The notes beneath the pieces were generated by a model. It did not search any database, was not told the DNA's origin, and saw only the letters and a program-made list of their open reading frames with translations. A stretch of DNA of 37,844 nucleotides from a virus. Shown here one piece after another: positions 1 through 8,397 of the stretch. The DNA lies in the IMG/VR virus record IMGVR_UViG_3300045988_091806; one strand, written 5' to 3'. How positions within the stretch are numbered: position 1 is the stretch's first letter; each line of letters opens with the position of its first letter. Both the position numbers and the translations under genes were made by a program.

Positions 1-58
1 AATTAATCATGTCTTCATTCTCATACTCAAAATCAGCCATATCACAGCATACGTCTAT
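1..58. repeat. Terminal direct repeat, copy 1 (58 bp, identical to 37787..37844). Implies a circular or terminally redundant unit of 37,786 bp.
   Basis: Read directly: bases 1-58 (aattaatcatgtcttcattctcatactcaaaatcagccatatcacagcatacgtctat) recur exactly at 37787-37844. Confidence 0.95.
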
Positions 59-226
59 GACTATTGCCTGCTGGAACTCTGTCAGATTATCAAAGCCTCT
101 TGATGTTATACGATTAAAAATAAGCGAGTCGATATGACGGCTCGCCTGCTTTAATCTTCGTTCTATCTGTTCATCCGGGATAAGATTATGCTCACTTAGG
201 TACTGTTCTTTACTTGCATATACCAT
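1..226 (-). CDS. Head-tail connector/adaptor protein, 5' part. The gene wraps the junction and is completed by 37638..37786, giving 124 aa in total.
   Basis: ATG at 226 gives MVYASKEQYLSEHNLIPDEQIERRLKQASRHIDSLIFNRITSRGFDNLTEFQQAIVIDVCCD. This runs in frame (226-40 = 186 nt) into the MADFEYENEDMIN ORF, which starts inside the repeat. It sits directly after the capsid gene. The gp6/YqbG-like family call is positional. Confidence 0.6.
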   Translation of the reverse strand, partial: MVYASKEQYLSEHNLIPDEQIERRLKQASRHIDSLIFNRITSRGFDNLTEFQQAIVIDVCCDMADFEYENEDMIN

Positions 227-237
227 AAGACCACCGC

Positions 238-372
238 CTATTCTGTCCTATCTTCCTTTGGTTCATCTGCTGTTACTTTCTCTTCCTTGGGCTTGTCTTC
301 CTTTGCCTTACCTGTTTTCTTTGACCTAATAACCTTTGGTTCAAAGGTCAATCCAATTACTGTATCTGCCAT
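238..372 (-). CDS. Small Lys/Glu-rich protein (44 aa), function unknown.
   Basis: Not in the ORF track because it is under 60 aa. Strong SD AAGGAGG lies 7 nt before ATG 372. Translation: MADTVIGLTFEPKVIRSKKTGKAKEDKPKEEKVTADEPKEDRTE, TAG at 238-240. It fills the gap between the capsid and connector genes. Confidence 0.55.
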   Translation of the reverse strand: MADTVIGLTFEPKVIRSKKTGKAKEDKPKEEKVTADEPKEDRTE

Positions 373-384
373 AATGATTCCTCC

Positions 385-1374
385 TTAATTATCCTTATGT
401 GATACATATACCCCAGCGGTCTTATTCTCATATACATGGCCATAAAGATTATTATTACGATACTTGAATACATGACTATCGCCATCCTGGTCCTGATCTG
501 GACTAAAGTACTTAATATACTGATCCATAGCTGTTACAGCTGCAGACTTCTCTACACATAAGAAGTTAACATTCTTAGCCGGCTTAGTTGTCATCTCGTA
601 ATTTTCAACCTGTGTTCCACTTGGACTACTAACAGCCTTATAATTGCCCTCACTTTCTTTTGTGTAATAAGTCTTACCCGGCTGTGGTGATGTATCCTTT
701 GATAATGTATAAGCTGCCTTAGTCTTTTCATATCCATATGAATTCTTACCATCATGAAGGGTTATTGATGTGTACATACGTGACTGTGGAACTGATATGA
801 TCTGAGAAAATCTCTTAAGTACTTCTCTTGATTTAGTTGTATCCATATCGTCCGCAAGAGAAGCTAATGTAGGTGTGATGAATAAAATACGTGATTCCAT
901 AGGAACTTCATCCTCATCCATCTTATTAGCACAAGCTCTTAACGCTGTTATTAATTCAGCTCCTGTTTCAATATTCTCTTCCTTTACTGTTATATCCTTA
1001 GTTCCACAGATTTTAGCAATACGCGCGGCATCTGTTTCCGGAATAACCTTTGTTCTTAAGAATTCGCTTGATAACTTGGCAAATGGCTGTGCAAGTGTTT
1101 CATCATTATCAAGACGGTCGATTCTTAAATCCTGTGAACGTTCCTTATCGTACTTAACTGTTTCCCATGTAAGTGAAGTTGAACCCTTTGTATAACCTGA
1201 CTTTCTATCAAAATCACCAAGTGCATCCATATCAAGCTTCGCAATCTTGATTTCACCGTTATTGCCTTTTCTTACTGTTGTTTCATCACCATCTAATACT
1301 GAGGTCTTTGCACCTTCCTTATACACCTCATCAAGTATTGGAAGGTATATTGTAGATAATTCGATATTATTCAT
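385..1374 (-). CDS. Major capsid protein (putative, HK97-fold type).
   Basis: A 329-aa ORF immediately downstream of the scaffold gene in a TerS-TerL-portal-MuF-scaffold-capsid order, with an SD-like AAGGAA upstream. The call rests on position and size; no catalytic motif is expected. Confidence 0.75.
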   Translation of the reverse strand: MNNIELSTIYLPILDEVYKEGAKTSVLDGDETTVRKGNNGEIKIAKLDMDALGDFDRKSGYTKGSTSLTWETVKYDKERSQDLRIDRLDNDETLAQPFAKLSSEFLRTKVIPETDAARIAKICGTKDITVKEENIETGAELITALRACANKMDEDEVPMESRILFITPTLASLADDMDTTKSREVLKRFSQIISVPQSRMYTSITLHDGKNSYGYEKTKAAYTLSKDTSPQPGKTYYTKESEGNYKAVSSPSGTQVENYEMTTKPAKNVNFLCVEKSAAVTAMDQYIKYFSPDQDQDGDSHVFKYRNNNLYGHVYENKTAGVYVSHKDN

Positions 1375-1392
1375 ATAATCCTATTCCTTTCT

Positions 1393-2043
1393 TTACTGCT
1401 TTGGCTTTAATCCGAATAACTTTCTTATCGCATCATCATTACCCGGATTGCCATTTCCATTGTTACCAGGAGCACCTATCTGGAAGCCAGCATTGTTATC
1501 CATACTTGGCTTAAGTGCTGGTACATCTTTAAGTACCTGCTCAAGTGAAGCTTTGATATTATCTTCAGACACCTTTCCATCCACACCCTTTACCTTGCTG
1601 AAATCAGCCATCTTAAGCACATAGGGAAGTGTCTTAGCTTCTATACCAAGTGTCATTGCTACCTTTGTAGCTGCAAGCTCAATCTGAGCCTGTTCAGCAA
1701 CCTTATGTGCTGCTGCCACTTCATTCTGAAGATTAGCATTAGCGTTCTGTTGCTGTTCTGTCTGCTGCTGCTTATTCTGTTTAAATGTCGCAATAGCCTG
1801 ACTTATCTCATCTTCTGATAATCCCTGCTGCTGAAAATAGCTTTTAAGCACAGCATTCTCTTTCTTGGCAGTCGCATTATCCAGCATTGCCTGTATCTTG
1901 TCATAATCAACACCAGCCGCCTGCTGATTATTCTGATTACCCTGCTGTCCTGCCTGTCCACTATCTCCTCCAGCGTTCTGGCCGCCGTTACCATCTCCAC
2001 CTTCTGCGAAGAGCTGTAAATTCATAGGTAATGTCTTTCTCAT
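1393..2043 (-). CDS. Capsid scaffolding protein.
   Basis: SD AAAGGAGA lies 7 nt before ATG 2043. The N-terminus is MRKTLPMNLQLFAEGGDG (MNLQLFA-type N-terminus), followed by a Gly/Asn/Gln-rich stretch and then helical Q/E/K-rich sequence. The track start at 2136 is a GTG lying inside a terminator hairpin. Confidence 0.75.
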   Translation of the reverse strand: MRKTLPMNLQLFAEGGDGNGGQNAGGDSGQAGQQGNQNNQQAAGVDYDKIQAMLDNATAKKENAVLKSYFQQQGLSEDEISQAIATFKQNKQQQTEQQQNANANLQNEVAAAHKVAEQAQIELAATKVAMTLGIEAKTLPYVLKMADFSKVKGVDGKVSEDNIKASLEQVLKDVPALKPSMDNNAGFQIGAPGNNGNGNPGNDDAIRKLFGLKPKQ

Positions 2044-2117
2044 CACTCTATCTCCTTTCTTCCGTTTACCGCCCGTCGGCATTTTCCTAAAGTTTAGTGC
2101 CATTAAGTTTTGGGCAT

Positions 2118-2156
2118 AAAAAAAATAGGCACACACAGCTTATTTGCCATGTGTGC
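2118..2156 (-). terminator. Rho-independent terminator downstream of the DUF2829 gene.
   Basis: On the minus strand: GCACACA..(14 nt loop)..TGTGTGC, then CTA and a run of 8 T (plus-strand A-run 2118-2125). Confidence 0.7.
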
Positions 2157-2200
2157 TTAATAACTAATATTAAATTGTGTTGCACTGGTTCAACTTTGGA

Positions 2201-2668
2201 CTATTCTACTATAATCCAATCTTCAGCGAGACAATCGTTAATACTTGGAACCCACATTGAATGTGAACCATCCACATTTTTTATCTGAAAATATGGGTTA
2301 CATATAAACAAATCGCCTTCGTTTAACCCCCATGCTTCCGCTGTTTGCTTATTGCAGGGGATTCCATTCGGATATGCTTTCTGATATACAACAAACATTC
2401 CTTTTCCGTTCCAACCTCTTCTTGCTACCTTATTACCTTTTTTCATGGCCTCAATAGCAATTCCAAATGTCATATTGTCACATTTTCTATACGCTTCATT
2501 AAATTGTTTCTTAGGACACCAACTTTCATATCCATCAGAATATCTTATATGATAGCCTTCATCTTCTGGATTCTCGTCACTTGGTATCTTCCATCCTCTG
2601 TATGCATTGTATTCGCCTCTGCTCATTGGCTCTGCTGCCACCACTTTTACTCCAATATAATCCTTCAT
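2201..2668 (-). CDS. Two-domain protein: an N-terminal small phage domain plus a C-terminal DUF2829 (Thoeris anti-defence Tad2-type) domain.
   Basis: The C-terminal half is MTFGIAIEAMKKGNKVARRGWNGKGMFVVYQ...PYFQIKNVDGSHSMWVPSINDCLAEDWIIVE. This matches the DUF2829 pattern (GxKVxRxGWNGKG ... W.PS..D.LAEDW.IV). SD GTGAGGA lies before ATG 2668. Confidence 0.7.
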   Translation of the reverse strand: MKDYIGVKVVAAEPMSRGEYNAYRGWKIPSDENPEDEGYHIRYSDGYESWCPKKQFNEAYRKCDNMTFGIAIEAMKKGNKVARRGWNGKGMFVVYQKAYPNGIPCNKQTAEAWGLNEGDLFICNPYFQIKNVDGSHSMWVPSINDCLAEDWIIVE

Positions 2669-2698
2669 TTCTAAATCCTCACTTTCTTAAAATTGGGT

Positions 2699-2730
2699 AT
2701 AAAAATACCACCAATCTTGCGACTGGTGGC
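2699..2730 (-). terminator. Terminator-like hairpin between the JAB-like ORF and the DUF2829 gene.
   Basis: On the minus strand: GCCACCA-10 nt loop-TGGTGGT followed by ATTTTTAT. The stem is 6 GC/AT pairs plus one G-U. Confidence 0.5.
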
Positions 2731-2860
2731 TACAAAACTGATTATTTTATTTCTGGCCAATCCGTAAGTTTATCACTTTCTTCTTTAAGCCTTTCTTCTT
2801 CTTTTTCAAAATCTTCTATTGTCCAATCTGGATGATGTATCACAACATCCAAATAACATC

Positions 2861-3550
2861 TTATTCTATTTCCTGCCATGATATACCATACTCCTTTCTA
2901 AACTCATTAAGTGCTTTTTCGTAAGCTTCTTTAATATTTAAATTGTATTCTTTTGAACAATACTTGTCAATCCTGTTATCTAACAAATAAGGTAAAAATG
3001 GTTTATCTCCTACGGAATATTTATATATTCTTCCATCATGTGTTACTACTATTCCATATTGATATCCTCTTGCCCCAGCAGCAACAAAATCACTTCCATT
3101 AGGTAATAAATTTGTTGGATGATTATGTATTCCTATTATATCATTTTTGTGCTTATTTATTATAGACATTTGCTTCTTATTTAGTTCAACACCTATTGCA
3201 TCAGGCTTTCCCCTTACATTAAGCAACACCTGTCTATTAGAAACGCTTATCACACATAATCCCTCAGTATCACTACTGTTATTACTTCTCAATATATCCA
3301 TTGATTTACTATATATTACATTATTTAATTCCATATCTTTGCTAATCTTCATATATTTATCCGCATAATCTTTGGAATTAATATAGTCTAGGTCTATTTT
3401 ATTCGTTCCTATTCTCTGAGAATTATTATCTATATATCCCCTCTCATATTCTTTTGAAACATTCTCCCATTGTTCCTTCCTCGCTGCATACACTTTCTTG
3501 TTATCCGGGTCTAATGAGTACTTAGACAGCCTGTCAAACTGCTCAACCAT
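2861..3550 (-). CDS. JAB/RadC-like (MPN-type) domain protein. The reading frame is open upstream to 3688 and continuous with the MuF ORF across one TGA.
   Basis: Motif ...TEGLCVISVSNRQVLLNVRGKPDAIGVEL...DIIGIHNHPTNLLPNGSDFVAAG...GIVVTHDGRIYKYS resembles the RadC/JAB layout (E...HNHP..x..PS..D). ATG 3550 has no convincing SD. Codons 3551-3688 contain no stop. Confidence 0.6.
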   Translation of the reverse strand: MVEQFDRLSKYSLDPDNKKVYAARKEQWENVSKEYERGYIDNNSQRIGTNKIDLDYINSKDYADKYMKISKDMELNNVIYSKSMDILRSNNSSDTEGLCVISVSNRQVLLNVRGKPDAIGVELNKKQMSIINKHKNDIIGIHNHPTNLLPNGSDFVAAGARGYQYGIVVTHDGRIYKYSVGDKPFLPYLLDNRIDKYCSKEYNLNIKEAYEKALNEFRKEYGISWQEIE

Positions 3551-3688
3551 TCTGCCTGCATACTGCTGCTTCTGGTCTTGCTTGTAATCTTCTTTGACCT
3601 TTTCTAACTCTTCCTTTGTGAACTTGCTGTCTGGCTCTTCATCCAGTTCAGGAAAGTATGTTGTATGTACGTCTTTGCAATTAGGTCG

Positions 3689-4519
3689 TCAAGGATGGTA
3701 AAGACCCGCTGCTATTGCCGAAGACATTAACGGATAATTACCATCACTTGCATCACCTCCACTCCATACATCATCTATCAGCACCTTACCAACAAATGGA
3801 AGGCACTTAGGACAGGCGTTAGCACGCTTATTCATAATAACTGTACTAATTCCCCATGATTGTCTCATTTCGCCTTCTCCGGTCAGATATGCACGCTTAC
3901 ACGCTGTCTGAATTGCCATCTTGGCATAGTCTTTCATGGTATGCCTTGCGCCATTTGCATATTCAATACAGTTGATACCTGCCTTAAGAAAGTCCTTTGT
4001 AGCCATGTCCACAGCCTTCTCATATGTTCCTGCGCCTGTATTCGCATAGACCTGAGCATTAAATATTATCTGTCGATATTTATCCTCCGACATTCTAAGC
4101 ATTGCTTTTTCTGCCCTATTAAAATCCGATTTCGTTGCTTTAATCAGGGCATTGAGCTTCCTTGTATTCAATCTGAAAAAAGCACCCTCAGCGCCTTGCG
4201 ACACCTTAGATGCTTTCAACCCTTTCTTTAATGCTCTTAATATTTTCTGCTCCTGTTCTGTTCCACCTTCCTGTCTGGCTGCAAATATCATTGCGTCAAT
4301 AGAATCATTTATGTTACTGAACGACTTCGTGAACTTCTTTTTATTCTGTGCCTTATACTTTTCCATAGCCTTAAGCTGTTCTACCTGCCACTGTGACCAG
4401 TTAAACCCCATATCTGTCTCTTCTGCTCTGTGGCTCGCAAGATTGCGCATCATAGAAGCAATCAGCTCATCTTCTATGGCTTCAAATGCTTTCTCTATAT
4501 CATAGTCCGTATTTAACAT
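3689..4519 (-). CDS. Head morphogenesis / minor capsid protein, Mu F / SPP1 gp7 family.
   Basis: A 276-aa ORF directly after portal. It contains CPKCLPFVGKV ... AAGLYHP and then TGA. The expected PNC(K/R) part of the MuF C-terminal motif appears just after the stop (RPNCKDVHTTYF). Confidence 0.8.
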   Translation of the reverse strand: MLNTDYDIEKAFEAIEDELIASMMRNLASHRAEETDMGFNWSQWQVEQLKAMEKYKAQNKKKFTKSFSNINDSIDAMIFAARQEGGTEQEQKILRALKKGLKASKVSQGAEGAFFRLNTRKLNALIKATKSDFNRAEKAMLRMSEDKYRQIIFNAQVYANTGAGTYEKAVDMATKDFLKAGINCIEYANGARHTMKDYAKMAIQTACKRAYLTGEGEMRQSWGISTVIMNKRANACPKCLPFVGKVLIDDVWSGGDASDGNYPLMSSAIAAGLYHP

Positions 4520-4530
4520 AGGCTACCTCA

Positions 4531-6030
4531 TTAAAAGCTTTCCACTTCAAATCCATCTAATTCTGTATTAAGTTCCGGTTCTGTCATCTGTTCAATTCCC
4601 TGTTCTGCCTTAAGCCTTGCAACTTCTTCCTGTTTCCAGTCATCATCCTTAGTGTCACCATACAGCTCATCAATGGACGCTTCTACACTCATAATGCCTC
4701 CCTGCTTGGCTTTGCTCACTGTCTCAACCTGGCTCTCAAAGCTAGGATTCGCATATTCACCAAATGTCACATCAACATCAATGTCCTGTGTTGTTGAATT
4801 ATTAAGTGTATCTATCGCCTGCAATGTCATTTTTACAAGCTTCGGAAGAACCTTCTGGAGCTGATTTACAATATTATTTCTACTGTACAGCGTTGCTTTT
4901 TCCTTCTCCCTCTGTGCTTCTGCATTATCAAGCTTCTTTACATCTATTCCCAATGTAGAAGGGCTCATGATTCCCTGTAAGCAAAGGTCCAATGCCGTGA
5001 TATATGTAGCAAGATACCCTTCATGTGGTATTTCACTCTGTTCTCTTTCAATCTTATAATTTGCACCTTCTGCCATAGGAGACGAATACTGTATATAAGC
5101 GTTGTCAAATGAATTTGGCAGCATAACCTCTCCATTACTAGGATTTCTAGGAAGTAAATTCTCTGGTATATATTCCTTTGTGCGGTTATGTCTTAAAGCG
5201 TCCATCCACTGGCTCCATGCTTCATCCAGCGCGTCAAATTCATCTATCTTGCTGTCATATATGCTCTTGCCTCTGCCTTTAAATTTCGCTGATTTATAGA
5301 ACATGAGCGGTATGGCCATCATAAAACTTTTATCTTCCCATGTTACAGGTCTTAAACCTGCAAGCTCCGGCACAGTGCTGATATCACATTCTTTATTATC
5401 TCTTGTGAGCATATATGTTATATAGCCTTTGCCATATGTTTCAAGCAGAATGTACTCTTGATTCTTAACTGTATATACTGTCTTAAACACAACCTCTTTC
5501 ACTCTGCCGCGTTCTCTTATTATCTCTACCCTGTCGCCAGGATAAAACTCTATGATTGGATACTGACTGAGATTCGTGTCTATGGATAGCTTAAATGCTC
5601 CATCTCCAACAATAAGTGTATCTGATATTGCTTGCTTTATAAGCTCTGTAAAGTCATTTTCTTCCGCTATCTTATCCCAATCTGACTGCCTACTGCCAAC
5701 ATCTACCTCGTTCATATCTGCAACAACAATACTTGCAAGCATATCAACCATCATTGCAGGTAATCCTACATGTATCTTTCTTATCGCTAATCCAGGAGAG
5801 CATTTTGCAGCCCAGAATCTTGTCTTGTCCCCATCAACCTGATCATACAGCTGTGACAGCTCTTCACTTACACCTCTGTACCATATCTGATTCTTAATGG
5901 CGTTACCTTCAAAGTCGAAGATTTCCTGTATATTAATTATTCCTCTCTGTGCCGGCTGCACACGCAACCATGTCCTTATTCCATCTCTTATCTTATCAGC
6001 CATAGTATTAAATATGCTCACCTCTCTCAC
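4531..6030 (-). CDS. Portal protein (SPP1 gp6-like size class).
   Basis: An ORF of about 490-499 aa between TerL and MuF. The start is uncertain: GTG 6030, GTG 6021 (SD AGGAGA 9 nt upstream) or ATG 6003. Confidence 0.8.
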   Translation of the reverse strand: MREVSIFNTMADKIRDGIRTWLRVQPAQRGIINIQEIFDFEGNAIKNQIWYRGVSEELSQLYDQVDGDKTRFWAAKCSPGLAIRKIHVGLPAMMVDMLASIVVADMNEVDVGSRQSDWDKIAEENDFTELIKQAISDTLIVGDGAFKLSIDTNLSQYPIIEFYPGDRVEIIRERGRVKEVVFKTVYTVKNQEYILLETYGKGYITYMLTRDNKECDISTVPELAGLRPVTWEDKSFMMAIPLMFYKSAKFKGRGKSIYDSKIDEFDALDEAWSQWMDALRHNRTKEYIPENLLPRNPSNGEVMLPNSFDNAYIQYSSPMAEGANYKIEREQSEIPHEGYLATYITALDLCLQGIMSPSTLGIDVKKLDNAEAQREKEKATLYSRNNIVNQLQKVLPKLVKMTLQAIDTLNNSTTQDIDVDVTFGEYANPSFESQVETVSKAKQGGIMSVEASIDELYGDTKDDDWKQEEVARLKAEQGIEQMTEPELNTELDGFEVESF

Positions 6031-6034
6031 TCTC

Positions 6035-7420
6035 CTATCCGTTCTCTACTCCAACTTTGTCCCTGTATGGTATCCAGCCATATTGTGTACTGTTTACCAT
6101 ATGATCATTTCCATCTTCCGGCTCACAGTCTTTATCTTCCAGCCAACTGTATACCTGCAGTTCCCCGGTGTAGTTCGTGCATGTATCTACAACATAATAG
6201 CTTGGCTCTTTGCCCTTTTCGTCGTTAAAGGACATCCAGCCAAGCTGCAGGTTTATTCTGTCTATTATTGTTACTTTCTTATACGCATTATTGAATATAT
6301 ACAGGCATTCATGATGTTCTCTCTTATACTTGGCAAATTCTGTTATTGTCGCCTGATCAGCGTTATCAATAAAGGTGTTCTTTGCCATGCCGCCCCATTC
6401 CTTACGATTTCTTTCAAGGAAATCTATATAATTCTTAACTGTATCGCTTGGAGCTATTGGTATATCAAGAGCCGCATTGTTATATACCTTTTCATCCAGT
6501 ACTATCAGCTTGCCTTTGTTGGTTATTCCCATAAAGGACATAGCAATAGTATCAGGACTCTTCGTTGAATATGCCGTATCAAGACCGCTTGTATATATTA
6601 CAAACCATTCTGTCTGCTTATCGTCATATTCTTGCTTAATAAATACCTTTGCCTGTTCTTTAGTAATAACATGTCTTTTGCAGAAATTAGAAAAGACAAG
6701 ACCTGTAGCCTTGCCTCTCAACCCTAATATCTTGTTTTTATATATCTTAGTACCAGGAGGATAGCTCATTTTCTTCTGTTCTATCTTCTCTGGTGTCATG
6801 GATATATTATCTTCAAATGTGAAGAACCAATATACCCAGTCTTTAATAGGCTCACAACCGTTAAGGTCCTTCCATATCTCTTCAGGCACATCTGCCTTGT
6901 ACTTATCAATCGGTCTTGCGTGATTGATGTACTCTGAATATATGGGTAATGTAGGTGCGTCTGGGTTAAGTGTACCGACAAAGTATTCACTTCGTCCGAA
7001 TATCTCTCGTATGAAGTCTATGTTAGCTGTATTGCACTCATCTACCCACACACAACCAAACTGACTTCCAAGTGCATTTTTCCATTTACTGGCATTATCA
7101 TAGCCAAGAATATATATTATCTTGGTACTGCTGCCAGTTTTAAATTTAATGTGTGGAAGTTTATTTTCTTTATCGCCATTACCACAGTATTCCAAATTAG
7201 GGAATATCTGAAGTAATCCCATATCTGCATTGATTATATTCTTCTCGATAACGCCTGTTGTATTACCAGCTATAACATGCAGCTTCATATCCGACTCAGC
7301 TACATTCATTATGAACTTCACAGCTACTGTTGTTGTCTTACCTGATGCAGTAGAGCCTTCAAGGAATTCTGCTCTTGCTGGTGTATCTATGTAATCCCAA
7401 TACTTATCACTTAGAAGCAT
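6035..7420 (-). CDS. terL: Terminase large subunit.
   Basis: Walker A-like EGSTASGKTT near the N-terminus and size of about 460 aa, following TerS. SD AAGGGGTGA lies 5 nt before ATG 7420. The track start at 7450 is a TTG. Confidence 0.85.
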   Translation of the reverse strand: MLLSDKYWDYIDTPARAEFLEGSTASGKTTTVAVKFIMNVAESDMKLHVIAGNTTGVIEKNIINADMGLLQIFPNLEYCGNGDKENKLPHIKFKTGSSTKIIYILGYDNASKWKNALGSQFGCVWVDECNTANIDFIREIFGRSEYFVGTLNPDAPTLPIYSEYINHARPIDKYKADVPEEIWKDLNGCEPIKDWVYWFFTFEDNISMTPEKIEQKKMSYPPGTKIYKNKILGLRGKATGLVFSNFCKRHVITKEQAKVFIKQEYDDKQTEWFVIYTSGLDTAYSTKSPDTIAMSFMGITNKGKLIVLDEKVYNNAALDIPIAPSDTVKNYIDFLERNRKEWGGMAKNTFIDNADQATITEFAKYKREHHECLYIFNNAYKKVTIIDRINLQLGWMSFNDEKGKEPSYYVVDTCTNYTGELQVYSWLEDKDCEPEDGNDHMVNSTQYGWIPYRDKVGVENG

Positions 7421-7997
7421 CAGGCTCACCCCTTGCCTTACGCTGAGCAAGAAGCTCTGATAGCTCGCTCCTGGTTGTATCGCTTACATTGGCTTCTATC
7501 TTGTCTGTAAAGATGCCTAAATGCTTGCCAAGAAGCTCCAATGCCCTTACCTTGTCACATGGCTTGACCTCTAATCCATCTCGTCCTTTCTTAATAACAG
7601 CTAATGCTCTCTTCTGTTCCTCTGTAAGTTCTTCTGTCAATACTGGCTCTACAGTCCTATATGTAACAGGTTTTCCATCTTCATCCAGTATATCCACAAG
7701 CATTCCGCCTACTTCTGCTTTCATTTTCTTTTCAACTACATGTGCATAATCTGCTGTATTAGAAAAAGCTATCAAGGCAAGTTCCCTGATAACTCTTTCC
7801 TGAGTTACCTCTGTACTCCTTGATAGCTCTTTTTGTCTTTTCGCTATATATTCCTGAACCTTAACATTCCTTAACAGTCTTGACGCTGTCTGTTCTGCTG
7901 TCTTTGGTGAATATCCTGCCCTAATAGCTGCCTGTGTAGCATTAAGGTCTATAAGATATTCTTCGCAAAACCTCTTTTGTTTATCAGTTAATGCCAT
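7407..7997 (-). CDS. terS: Terminase small subunit (Terminase_2-type).
   Basis: The N-terminus MALTDKQKRFCEEYLIDLNATQAAIRAGYSPKTAEQTASRLLRNVKVQEYI is the classic TerS HTH signature. SD AAAGGAG upstream. The ORF ends TGA-TAA. Confidence 0.9.
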   Translation of the reverse strand: MALTDKQKRFCEEYLIDLNATQAAIRAGYSPKTAEQTASRLLRNVKVQEYIAKRQKELSRSTEVTQERVIRELALIAFSNTADYAHVVEKKMKAEVGGMLVDILDEDGKPVTYRTVEPVLTEELTEEQKRALAVIKKGRDGLEVKPCDKVRALELLGKHLGIFTDKIEANVSDTTRSELSELLAQRKARGEPDASK

Positions 7998-8050
7998 ACA
8001 CTCAGCTCCTTTCTGGCATAATAAAAGACCTCATTTTAAAAACAAGGTCT

Positions 8051-8338
8051 TCACACTATATTACTTATTTTTTTATAATATTTATCGTATTCAATTATAT
8101 TACCAAAAAATTCTATTACTGACACTATCATAACAGCTATATCTAATGCTGTCAGCGTGCCAGTAAATATACTTTGTGCTAAATTAATACTTGTCAATAC
8201 AATAACCACAAAATATCCTGCTACTTTCCAAGCCGAAACTGCATCATGTTTTTTATCTTTAGAAAATATTTTTATACCTCCTCCTACAAAAAACATTATA
8301 AATACGATAATTAATACAGATGAAACTGCTACTTTCAT
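8051..8338 (-). CDS. Small integral membrane protein (about 3 TM segments), function unknown.
   Basis: 95 aa: MKVAVSSVLIIVFIMFFVGGG... with three hydrophobic stretches. SD AAGGGGGGA upstream. It is AT-rich and lies between the late activator and TerS. Confidence 0.6.
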   Translation of the reverse strand: MKVAVSSVLIIVFIMFFVGGGIKIFSKDKKHDAVSAWKVAGYFVVIVLTSINLAQSIFTGTLTALDIAVMIVSVIEFFGNIIEYDKYYKKISNIV

Positions 8339-8397
8339 AAATATCCCCCCTTATATATTTTATATATCGTCAGGTTGCTTATATTTCTTAAGAGTTA

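Noticed and set aside
2735-2860. A possible small minus-strand peptide (…DVVIHHPDWTIEDFEKEEERLKEESDKLTDWPEIK) between the JAB-like ORF and the 2699-2730 hairpin, and the plus-strand ORF 2581..2835.
   Set aside because: The minus-strand frame has only a TTG with no SD, and the plus-strand ORF is antisense with a repetitive Ser/Leu translation. There is too little support to call either, although the charged minus-strand peptide could be checked by proteomics.
3640-3691. Selenocysteine insertion at the MuF in-frame TGA.
   Set aside because: No convincing SECIS-like stem-loop lies in the roughly 40 nt following the TGA (CGACCTAATTGCAAAGACGTACATACAACATAC...). A Sec residue in a capsid accessory protein has no precedent that I know of.
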